Part shown: positions 39,192 through 50,400 of the stretch, in pieces | How positions within the stretch are numbered: the stretch's first letter is position 1 | Layout of the letters: the number at the start of each line of letters is the position of its first letter | DNA from: Lobosporangium transversale | Lineage: Eukaryota | Reading direction: 5' to 3' | Assembly: GCF_002105155.1 (NCBI RefSeq) | Contig: NW_019028982.1 | Span: 1,240,001 to 1,304,000, forward strand | DNA length: 64,000 nt | Notes under the pieces: generated by a model | Database searches by the model: none | What the model saw: the letters and a program-made list of their open reading frames with translations, nothing else | Told to the model about the DNA's origin: nothing | Translations under genes and position numbers: made by a program

Positions 39192-40975
39192 ATGTCACCT
39201 CCACAAAACAAGTATGGGCCTGCGAAAGCCATTGAATTTTATAATAAAAACACGGTCATCTTCTTGACAGGTGCTACGGGCTTCATTGGCAAGGCCATCT
39301 TGGAGAAGCTACTGCGTTCTTTCCCCCAGATCACAAAGTAAGTGCCCTTTTCTTTTGCTTTTTTTTTTTTTTTTTCAAGTATCAGGTTCGACTGTAAGAC
39401 AAGCGTTAATGTTTTGTTTTTTTATGAAAACATCAGGATCTACTTGCTGATCAGGGTCTCGGGGAAGAAGACATTGAAAGATCGTATTGAGAATATATTT
39501 AGCAGCAGGATTTTTGATACTGTCAAGTCCCAATTCTCAAGTGCTCAAGAGTTTCAAGAAAAGATTGTCCGCAAGGTTGTGCCTGTGAAGGGAGATATTT
39601 CTGCCAATCATCTGGGTCTCTCAGACGAGGATATGGCTATGGTCCAGGAAGATACCACAGTTTTCATCAACAGCGCTGCCTCTATCAAATTCAATGACCC
39701 GTTGAAGACTGCCCTTGAGGTAAAATATACGAAATACAAGAGTAACAATACCTGTCAAACAACACGCAGTAGATAACTTATTTTGTTTTTCTTTTTCTTT
39801 CTTTTTCTTTCAGATAAATACAAATGGCCCTCTCCGCATATTCGAAATTGCCAAGGGCTGCAAAAATTTAGCTGCCATCGTTCATATCTCGACTTGCTTT
39901 GTCAACGCACCCATGTTTGAGCAACATATTGACGAAATCATCTATCCGCACCCACTTGGTGATGATCCTGAAGCCATCTATGATATGCTGTCCACCAAGA
40001 TGTCCTCCAAAGAGATAAAAGATTATGAGGAATCTGTGGTCCTCAAGGCTTACCCCAATACATACACATTCGCCAAGTCCTTGGCAGAACATTTGATAAA
40101 GAGCCGATATAGGGATATGGCTCTCCCTATTGTCATTGTCCGCCCTGCCATTGTCACTGCTGCCTACAAGGAACCAGTTCCTGGATGGGTAGAAGGGTCT
40201 GCTGCAACCAACAAAGCGATTGTGGCTGGTTCGATCGGTCTAATTCAAGAATGGATCGGTAACGAGGTAATTAAGCAGAAGTCAGTAAAAAAAAAAAAAA
40301 GAAAGAAAGAAAGAAAGAAAGAGCGCTATATTTATCAAAGTCAAGGCAAATATTGATGAGTGTTTCTATGTTTTCACAATAACCTTCTAGTCCACTAAAA
40401 CAGACCTAGTTCCTGTCGATTTTGTGGTCAAAACGACCCTTCTCTCCGCCACGACTGCTGATCGCACACTCACAGAGCCTCGCATATATCATGTCGGCAC
40501 CAGCTGTATTAATCCCATCACCTGGGGTGAGTTTAAAACGTATTTGAATTCATACCTTATCGTAGCTGGACCACCAAGTCAACGGATCTCAGATGACATT
40601 CGGTGCGATTTTTACCTTCCTGCAGAATTTGAACGTCGATTTGAAGCCCGCTTTGGAGAGCTGATCCGAACTTTGGATCAGCACAAAGATAATGAGAAGC
40701 TCAAGCGTCAAATCATCATGGCAAAGAATCTGATCATCGACTTCAAAGCCTTTACCTTAAACCAATGGTTCTTTGATGTGACCAATACATTGGCCCTTGA
40801 CGATGCTGCACCTGAAGAGCTCAAAAGCGAGCTCAAGAGCGGGCTCAAAGAAGGTATGGATTGGCACAGATATATGGTGTGCTACGCCTCAGGCGTGCAT
40901 CGCTTTATTCTAGGTGAGGAGGTCGCTATACCCTATGGAATGGTCGCAAAAGAAAAGATCACGGGCAGACTCTAG
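39192..40975 (+). CDS. Fatty acyl-CoA reductase, copy 2
   Basis: Nearly identical to copy 1 up to ~40525, divergent afterwards. Ends GRL. Confidence 0.88.
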
Positions 40976-40998
40976 GGTTTTATATATTTATTTATTTA

Positions 40999-41378
40999 CT
41001 AGGCAGGCGATCCGTGGCTTCGCTCACGGTCGCCCCGGTCTGGTGCTTTGATTCGTTGGGAACAGTGGTTTTTTTTTTTTTTTTAAAGGAAAATATTAAT
41101 AGATAAATAACAAAATAAAGCAGAACCGCTGGTTTTGTCTTTGCACCAACGATACACGTCCAACAATTTGCATAGTTTCTGACAATTAGATTTTGGGAAA
41201 TGTGTTGAGTCCAAGGGTTCTTACTAAATGAATTGCAGGTACTATCTGTTAATATGTAAGGCATTTAAAGTTAGTCCAGAAATTCAGGGACAAGAGATTA
41301 GGTAGAAAGGATACAGGAGACGGAAATAAACAGAACTTACAAATTCTTGTGGGTGTGCCGGCACCCAAATACTTGTGC
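40999..41378 (-). ncRNA. Candidate Fanzor omega-RNA region
   Basis: Positional inference: lies between the Fanzor stop and the element 3' end, with several hairpins. No expression evidence. Confidence 0.35.
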
Positions 41379-43020
41379 CTAGTGTCTTGCGCGCTTTGCA
41401 GCCGGAGCAGGCGACTCTTCCGTGGGCTTGTACTTTGCAGGTCTCCCTTGCCTCTCAATTTGTGCAAGACCGATTCTTGCGATGTTTTCCGCTTCTACTG
41501 CGTCACGGCCGAAGAATACCTTACATGTCCAGCAATATTTAGAGCGAGGGTACACCGCTTCTAAAAAGCTATCGCAGAGAAGTCGGGGACAGCGGGCGCT
41601 GGTGTAAAATTCGTGCGCCCCTACAGCGAAGTGTCCTCGTGCTTTGACCTAAGCGCTTCAAATGGCAGTCATTTATCAGCAAGGGTTCTATGGCTCTCCA
41701 GCTTTTTCTTATTTTTTTAAAAAAAAGCCATATCTGTGTGACAAGGTGTCTCGTTACTGCAGTGTGCTTGCTGGGAACTCCTTTACTACTTTCAAAGGAC
41801 CCTAGGCCGACGACACTCGCTGTACCGCGTAGTCGAACGTAGCTCGTTGAGCCTTTCGTAAGTCCCATTTTTTTTAGGTGTCATCTGGACTCGTAGAACT
41901 CTTGAAGCACATCCAAATTCTTTGATCCTGTCTGTGTCTAGGACTCCTCGTTCATCCATTGAAAGCACTCATTGTACGTATCCCTTCCAAATACAGGGAT
42001 GGCGCTCTCAACCTCAATCATTCCTTTTTCACGCTTCCTTTTGTTCAGCAGGTGATTGAAGTGGAGGACGGGAAGGTACAGGAACCTACTTCTCACCTTT
42101 AACGTTTGCCGCAAGTTAGGGTTGTAAGGGTCCAGCGAGGAAAACGTAAGGGCGTTAGCAATACCAGGATCGCACCCAACAATGGTTGTGGAGTTTGCGG
42201 ATGGGCATCGCTCTGGTTCGTTGAATGTGAGCTCAACGTATTCAAGCAGTTTGGAGCTCCTCTTAATCGAACGACTCGAATTATCTAGAGATCTGTAACT
42301 TAAGGGCGTCATTCGAACCCATTTGAGTTCGATATGTTCGAATCGATTAGGAGCACTGCCCGTACGCTATCGCCATGGACATGGACGTGGACAAAGACAT
42401 GAACAAACGGCTCAAATTCGACCAACTGCTGTCCCTAGCGAAGCGTTGTAAGCGTTTAGTTTTTAAACTGTCTTGCAATACATCGCTTACGATATCTGGA
42501 TACTAATGAAGAGAGTTTTGGCTTTGCAACTGGGATGTTGTCCTTGATGATCTGACAGAGCTTTGATGCTGGCCCGCCAGGAGCCTTGAGCACTTCTTTC
42601 TGACCCCAGCCTCTATTCGTTTATTCTTCCAAAAGCGCTCGAACAGCATTTCCAGAGATTCCAAGTAAAGGGACGCTTCATCATTGGATTGCAACTGGCG
42701 GAGGGTTGAGAACAAAGAGCTTTTGAAGGAGTGAGAGCATTGGAAGGATAATTTACAAAACTAAAGGTACCGAATAGGACATGAACCTTTACAGTATTCA
42801 GTTTATGATTAAACGGATATATGGTTACCTCAATTAAAGACCACCATCCCATATCCCCTGCGCATGTTTTTTTGTGGCTGCTTGCGGCACATCTGTTTAT
42901 CAACAACCTATTCCTACTCGCTATAGCCTCATCAAATAACATCGCCTTCTTCTTAGCGGAATAACGCCTCACAGTGGACGTGCTCTTTCGTAAGGCACTA
43001 CTTTGGTCCCTACACACACT
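41379..43020 (-). pseudogene. Fanzor (TnpB/Cas12-like RuvC nuclease) pseudogene with intron
   Basis: RuvC-I IVGCDPG (D 42169-42171), WDLRKAQRATFDYAV helix, VVGLGSF, RuvC-II GAHEFYTS (E 41610-41612), zinc finger CPRLLC/CWTC, RuvC-III GRDAVEAENI (D 41502-41504). Stop at 41379. Confidence 0.88.
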
Positions 43021-43240
43021 TCTTTAAGTGTTTGATAATGGTCTCTTCCTTAACGCTCGGAGTAGAGACACGCACCATTACTACTTGTCTGTCGCAAGGC
43101 AGTTATTTATTTAAGCCAAACAATTTCTCTTAAATACTCCTACACTATTTCGGTGATCAAACTAGTAAAGTAATCAAAAGAGTCAATGTTGTGCGTTTTC
43201 TAACAGTGCCAAGGCCTCTTGGTTGTCGATCAAGGCACCC

Positions 43241-45657
43241 TTATTTATAGAGAGTCAAAGCCGTGTTGGTCTTGAGTGCCCCTAACAGTGCCGAAGCTCC
43301 TTCGTCCCCAATTAAGTAGTTGTGCCTCAAGTCCAAACTGGTCAAAGTTCTGTTAGTCTTGAGTGCCCCTGCCAGCGCCAGAGCTCCTTTAGTCCCAATC
43401 GAGTTGTATTTTAAGTCCAAAGCGGTCAAAGTGGTATTAACCTTGAGCGCCTCCGATAGTATCACAGCTCTTTCATTTCCAACTGAGTTGTTCCCCAAGA
43501 CCAAAGTAGCCAAAGCTGTGTTAGCTTTGAGTAAATTTATAAGTGCTTGAAATTCACTGGCTCCAATCGATCGAAAGCTCATCTCAAAGGACAACTTATG
43601 AAGTTGTGGAAGATGTGGCGGTCTTTTGGGTCGTAAAGTGAGGAGTCTTGTAAGATCTGAAGTTAGAACAATATGAATTAATTTCATCTTGCAGAATTCT
43701 ATGATGCGGACAAGTATTTCATATCGCATAGATGGTGGAAGTGGCTCCCCGCTGACATTTTCTTGAAGCCTTCCAAGTCCAAGTCGAAGAATCGATACAT
43801 TTGACACCTTTAAGATATTCTCAAATGCTTCAAGATCAGACTCGGCCCAATCCCAGTCAAATGTGATGTCCAACTCGTAAACACGTCCTGCATTGGTTAG
43901 GACATTGAAGAATTCTTCAGCTCTGGCTTTGGATCCCAGTTTGATAACCAGTTTGCCAAGGTGGGAGTCGTATTTGGCATTATTCATTTTCACTACATCT
44001 TCAAACGCTTTCTGCCTTTTTTCCTTATACATCGAACGATAGTGGTTGTGACAAACCCATTTGACATAGCCTGTTTCGGTCGTGACCCTGTACAGGTTAC
44101 CAAGGTCCTTGTTCCCATCTGTAATCCGAAAAGATGTGCCCAGCTGTCGGAGTTCAGTTTTTTTGAGCCCTTCAAAGTCATTAATTGTGCTGATCTTGTT
44201 CAAGGCCGGATACTTCTTGGAGAGCGCTTGTAAATAGTCGATTGAATAGTCAATACCGGCATCGATTAAACTTGGGTCTGGTGCCAGAGAATCAGGTAAG
44301 GCCATTCCCAGCTTGAGCCAATGTAAGAGGATGAGCATGTACTTTCCATACTTGCGAAAGAACCCTGTGCAGTCTCGAACTTCATATCCATCATGTCTAG
44401 CAATGTGGATTTGACCCGGGTTAGGTTTGTTGGCCATCGCGGTGTAGTCTCCACATTCACATAAGAAATGGACGCGGAACTTGTTCCCCAAGAGTTTTAC
44501 TGGGTCCCACTTGGTGCAATTAAGAGGCAAAATTATAAACAAACGAGGAAATGGGCATTCATGAAGCTCAAAATCCTGAGTGAGGATAGAATGAGCATGC
44601 TTTTGATGCATGGTAAGGTTGTTTAAGGCCTGGGCTTGCATTTCATCGTCCTTCTTCTTAGTCTCCATTTCACCACCCTTCTTCCTAGCCTCCAATCGTA
44701 GTTTAAGCATCTCGTCTTGTATTTTGAGCATTTCACCATCCTTCTCTTTGGATTTCAATAGCATATTAATTATCTCGTCGTCCTTTTCCTTGAGCTCCAA
44801 TTGCAGATTAGCTATCTTTTCGTTAATCATCTTGCTGTCCTTCACTTTGGCTTCCAGTAGATTAATCTTGGCATCCTTCTCGCTGGCTTCCATCAACAGA
44901 TTAATTATCCTGTCATCCTTTTCTTTGGCTTCCACTAAATTGGTCATCTTGTTGTCCTTCTCTTTGGCTTCCAGCAGGCTAATCTTGGCATCTTTCTCGC
45001 TGGCCTCCAATAGCAATTCCGCAATCATTGCAAGGTTAGAGTTGATCGTCTCGATTTGAGCGTTGTCGGGAGTAGTAAGAAATGAATTGAGGCATTGAAT
45101 CAAGTTCGATAATGGCAAAAGAGGATCCTGTGTAGTCAGATTTACCGACTTTCTCAAAGCAGGTAAACGGATGGCGGCGTTGCTGTTACTTTTACTACTG
45201 CCTTTGCCGTTGCTGCTGCTTTTGATGCTATTGCTACTAGTGTTGCTGCTGCTGCTGTTGGTATTGGTATTGGTGTTGGCATTGGTGTTGCTGGACCGTG
45301 GCACTCCTGTAACGACGTCCAAGATCTTGTAAGGATAGTATGCAATGCGTGGAGGTTCGATTCTAATAAGGAGAGAGACACCAAATTTAGCTCCTTCATC
45401 TTTTTTTTCAGAGACAATAACAATTGATAAGGCGCACCATAATCAACAAAGTACCTGTTGCCATTAGGGTCTACAAGGAATGGGATGGGAAGTTCACCCA
45501 ACTTGAATCGCATTGCATCTGGAAACACATCTCGAATGTCTTGCAAACTTATGTAGTAGGACGAGTTGTCATTGCCTGAAAATTTGGAAGCATTCCTGAC
45601 GCAAACTGTTTCGATGACGCCGGCTCTTCGGAATTGTTGGTATTGAAGCTTCATCAT
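43241..45657 (-). CDS. Coiled-coil plus RNI-like LRR protein, copy 2 (intron 45363-45454)
   Basis: Colinear paralog of 22698-25226 with 3 full LRRs and an N/S-rich insertion. Confidence 0.8.
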
Positions 45658-46858
45658 TTCGATGGATGATGAGAGAATGAAGACTTCCTTACTTCTCTTT
45701 TGGCCGATGTCTTTTTTTTTTTTTTTTTTTTTTTTTTCAACTTCGCCACTTGGAGTGACAGGAGTGAGAGAGTACAAATTACAAACAGTAATACAGATTA
45801 GATGCGGCTTAACAAAGTTGCTGTGCTAATTAACTAGTCTTGCTTGATCGACTGGTCGCATTTTCATCTAAAGGTTTAAACTGCACATTTACAGCCTGGT
45901 TGAAGGTGAAGTGGCCTTTGTTGGGATGCTGCATCTATCATGACCACCCATAATACTTTTTCCTGCAATAGTTGGAAATATAAAAAGTACGCCTTGAACT
46001 ATTGATATGAGCAGCATAGTCGTACTCAGCGTACTGGACTTGAGAGATCACTCAACGGTTATGGTAGAAATCTCAGTTAGTCAGTGGTACGGCGGCAGGC
46101 GTCAAAAGAAGAAGAGAAGTTGTACACAGCATCCTTCAAAGATCAATAGGGTAATTGTTATCATTGATCAGAAACCCAACGAATAAACAAGCGCTCGACC
46201 AGAACCATCCCAACCAAAGAAAAAAAAGAACATTATCAGATTAAGTCACTAATCCATGCAGTGTCGAGTATGATTCCCATTCAAGAGCACCAGTTTTTCA
46301 CCGTTTTCAGAACAGAAAGCGTTTTTATCAGATTGGGTCTGGTTCACAGCAACAACGTGATGCATTCGTTTAAAAGTAATTTAGACACAACATATTAAAG
46401 GCCACAATGACGTATATTTTGCTCTTAATTGGTCCCCCTTTTTTCTCTTCTTGTTTCTTTCTTTCTTTCACACCCCAGTTGAACAACCACTCGCCTATTA
46501 TTGTTATGACGTATGTGGCTACTAACTAATCCAGGGGAAGAATGAACATTACATTCACTTACAGTACATGGTCATTCAGATCTCTGATGCGGCTCGCAAT
46601 GCCATGGCCATCACCTTTGTGTTTGATATTTTATCTGTATCTTTTCATGTTCAGCTTGACCAATCCTGATCACGAAATTAATAAAATCCAATAAACGCGA
46701 AGAATGTCGCGCGCTATTCAAACAGATTGCATGTGTTGCTTAATTGCATGCGTATTTGTGTATCTGTGAACACGTACATGTTTTCTGCCTCAAACAAGGA
46801 CATGTTCTTTATATGCTTAAAGAATGAGAAGATATTGGGTTGCAGAGTTTGATCAATA

Positions 46859-46918
46859 GACTCGAGGCGTTGTAAATAATAGACATTTGACTCGAGGCGT
46901 TATAAATAATAAACATTT
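46859..46918. repeat. 30-bp tandem duplication (2 copies)
   Basis: GACTCGAGGCGTT(G/A)TAAATAATA(G/A)ACATTT twice. Confidence 0.85.
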
Positions 46919-47424
46919 GTTTCCTTTAAAATAACGTAAGGAAAGAGAAACAGAAAGAGAAAGAAAAGAGAGAATTGGATGATAGGAGGAAAAAGAAGAA
47001 GAAGAAGAAGAAGAAAAGAAAAAAGGTGTGATTGATCAATCATTTACTTAGGTCTTTGATATGTGTTTCTTTTACTTTCTTTTACACGACACATTTCACA
47101 TTAATCATTTCGTCGCCGAAGTAAGCGCAAACATTCCATTTTTCGCACAAAGTCGATTTCCATTCGCTACTTTTATTTCCACCCACCCGAATAGTCCTCA
47201 AATGCATGTCCCAGTGTCTACCGCTGACTGTTCTTCCCTCTGTTGCTCACCAACATTCACTATCGGCAGTCCCCTCCACAAGCTGTGTCTATTTAAAAAA
47301 GACTTCTTTTTTTTAAACTACTTCTGCTAACACTTCGTTTGGTCTTTGCATACACTCCCTCACTCACCTATACAGCATAAACATATCGTGCCTCTTCCAG
47401 TCCGCTGGCGCTGGCATACAGCAA

Positions 47425-50400
47425 ATGCCTTTTCCTATCCCTTCTAATGACCTCATGGCCACTGCCATGGGTGGTCCATTACTCTCAACCACATCCAGTA
47501 ATGTCTCATCCAACAATTTAACATTAGCTTCTGCTGTGGCTACTACTTCTGCCAAAGCTAAAAAAGATGTCCGGGCAGGCTCTGGCACAGGCACTGTCCG
47601 AATCTTTTATTCTCTCAAAGAAAATCCAAATGCCATCATCTCATACACTGACCTGATCCGTCAAGAGCAGAAACGTCAACGCATGATTCAAGTTCAGTCG
47701 TCGTCTTTGCCATCTAAAAACAATGTCACACCCAATATAGCAAACTCAGCTCCGTCAACGCCCCTCAAAAATCAAAAGACCAAAGAGGGTGGCGCTACTA
47801 CTACTCAACCATCACCATCAGTATCAGCCATGGATATCGATCCACCAGAAGGTGAAGAAGCTCTTGGAGATGTGGAAGCTGATAGTGAGGCGGAAGACGA
47901 CGACGAGGCAGACGAAGACGAAGACGAAAATGAAAATGAAGATGATGCTGAGGCTGAGGAGGAGGAGGGCGACGAGGATCCGGATGAGGAAGAGAATGAT
48001 GACGACGATCTTGACTCTGCAAGACGTGGGCCAAAAGACTTTTTGGATTCCCTCACTGAAAAATATGCCGGTCTAGAAGAAGGAAATGAAGGCGAAGACG
48101 AAGACGAGGACGAGGACGAGGATGACAAGGTAAGGGAGGATGTTCACATGGTTAATCTCAAATTGCTCATTAATATGATTTAAACGATCATATTATATTA
48201 CATTGTATGCTATCTTTCTTCTTTTTACTACACATTTTTCAAAAAAAGAGTTTGAAAGTGCATGGTCACACGCGATATATTTGATCAATGAATGTGTCAG
48301 TGCACTCGCAACGTCGAGTACAGTACGCCAGCCGACAACAAATCCTAATTAAAGAATGATCTATCATTCATTAGATCTAAATCAACACGTGCTTTGTATT
48401 TCTGTTCCATATAGGGACGTGTCTACAAGCGATCAAGTAGATGGGATACAGAACACTACGACATTGAAGACGAATTTATCGATGATAGCGAGATGATGCT
48501 CGAATCCATCGGTATGGTACGGCCCAAAGTTGAAGGGTTTTTTGCGTACCGTGGCCCTGTAGAAACCACCACAGAGGATCCGTAAGTGAAGTAGCTTCGT
48601 TTATGGGATGTAGAGAATAGACAGCACCACGCTTGATTTCATTAATATGACTAACATTGACTTGTCTTTTATTTTTCACATGAGAGTAGCGATTCATCTG
48701 ATGCGGGACTACGCACAAGAAAGGCAGGAAAGAGAAAAACAGCAGCTGGTGCTTCACCATTGAGCACTGTCAAAACCAACGCATCGAAATCAGCAAAGGG
48801 ATCTAGCTTGGCTATCATGGAGAATGCCAACGATTCGACATCAGAGATGAGTGAAATGGATGAGAAGCCTAAAACTAGCAAAGCATCGTCCTCGGGTTCA
48901 GGACTAGCAAATTCTTCTACCGTCCCAGCTGATATTACAGGGGGTGAAGGAGGTATGAGCAGCGTGACAACGACTCCGACCAAGAAAAAGACAAACCTTT
49001 CAAAATCTAAGGCTTTAGCGAAGGAAACATCGAAAGATGGGACGGAAGCAAATAAAGATTCTGATAAGGAGTCAAAAGCTGGATCTAATAAGAAAACAAA
49101 GTCAAAGTTGCCGAAAGCCACCACCAGTTCGACATTAGCAGCAACTTCTGTTACTCCTATTGTTCGAGTGGATTCGCCTCCGCCTCTTGATGGGGTCCAA
49201 GATAATGGAGACAACTCAAGTCCGCCACTTCCGATGTCTCGCTCAGCATCTCCATCTAGATCGAAAGGGAAATTAAAGGCACCAGCAGCAATGGATACGG
49301 ATTCTTGTAATGCTGAAGGTTCTGTCGAGCTTGCTGGGTCACAAGAAAGCTCTTCTGGACAGAATGTATCGGAATCACAACTAGTAAAGCCGGAATCTTT
49401 GCAGGAATCGGTCACATCCACTTCAGAAGTAACTGAGCAAAGCACCCAGTCGACGGGATCAAAGGCTTTGGAGCCCCTCAATGAAATGGTACAGGAGGCA
49501 TACAACATTGTTGCTGACCTTGCTAGGAAAGGTAAAGAAGAGGCTTTATTGCTTACTGTATGGAAAGTATCACACAATCTGAAGCCATAGTCGCCCATGC
49601 TTATTACTTTTTGTTGCGCACCTTTAGAAACCTGGGAGCACAAGTCAAAGTTCCCTCCGCACATCAAGGAGCCTCTCTGGAATTGCGCAAAAATCGCTCT
49701 TCGAACACGATCGAGCGGATATATGCTCAAGGATGATTTCTTTCTCCATCTTCAAGAGGTTTTCCCTTATAATAAATTTACGCTCCGGGTAATAATAATT
49801 ATAATTTCATTAATCTTGTATATTTTGTGAATATAAATGATGAGAGTCCAAGAAATGGATCACACGGATTAAAAAGCTAATTTCTCTTGTACAATGAAAT
49901 CCGTATTAGAAACTCATTTATAAGCAAGTATTGCCAGAGTGGATAGCAGAGCTGGAGGAAGAAAAGACTAAAGCCATGGAGCAATTCTCAAAACGCGTAA
50001 AGATGATTTCTAAGGCTTACAATTTGACCGACATTGAAAACGCTCCATCAGATAAAGACGGCGATGGGGATACCAACATGAATGGGGAAGAAGGTAAAGA
50101 CAAAAAATGATTATCAGGAAGTTCTTTTGAAGATATTCATTGAATTATGCTTCATTGGGCCTATTGATTCGCATTTTTTATTTTATTTTTCTTTAATTTA
50201 TTTATTTATGAATTTATTTGGACAAATTTTTAGTCAAACGGAAATTCCCTTGGACTCAAGACCTTAGGATGCTACTATGGGAGACTATGGAAAAAATCAT
50301 GGAGATTTACTACGCGAGGCAGGAGCTCAGGACTGTCGACGATAGTGTGCCTGCACAAAACACAGACTCGAAGACTCGGAAGGATACTTATCAACTGGTA

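Larger units (their letters stand above)
40999..43080 (-). mobile_element. Non-autonomous or truncated Helitron-like element carrying a Fanzor; 5' boundary uncertain
   Basis: Minus-strand end GGCGACCGTGAGCGAAGCCACGGATCGCC-TGC-CTAG|T. The upstream limit is set by where 3'-UTR homology between the two LRR paralogs ends (~43080-43100). No RepHel seen. Confidence 0.7.

Noticed and set aside
41569..41868. 99-aa ORF as a standalone gene
   Set aside because: A composite of a shifted Fanzor frame, true Fanzor coding sequence and intron read-through.
43061..43068. Minus-strand TCTCTACT as the Helitron 5' terminus
   Set aside because: Preceded by G rather than the expected A; too short to trust without other copies.
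46859..46918. 30-bp direct repeat as a CRISPR-like array
   Set aside because: Two adjacent copies with no spacer; a simple tandem duplication.
48669..49730. 353-aa antisense ORF, and similar ones at 24467-25132 and 47805-48128
   Set aside because: Shadow ORFs opposite real low-complexity or repeat-coding exons.
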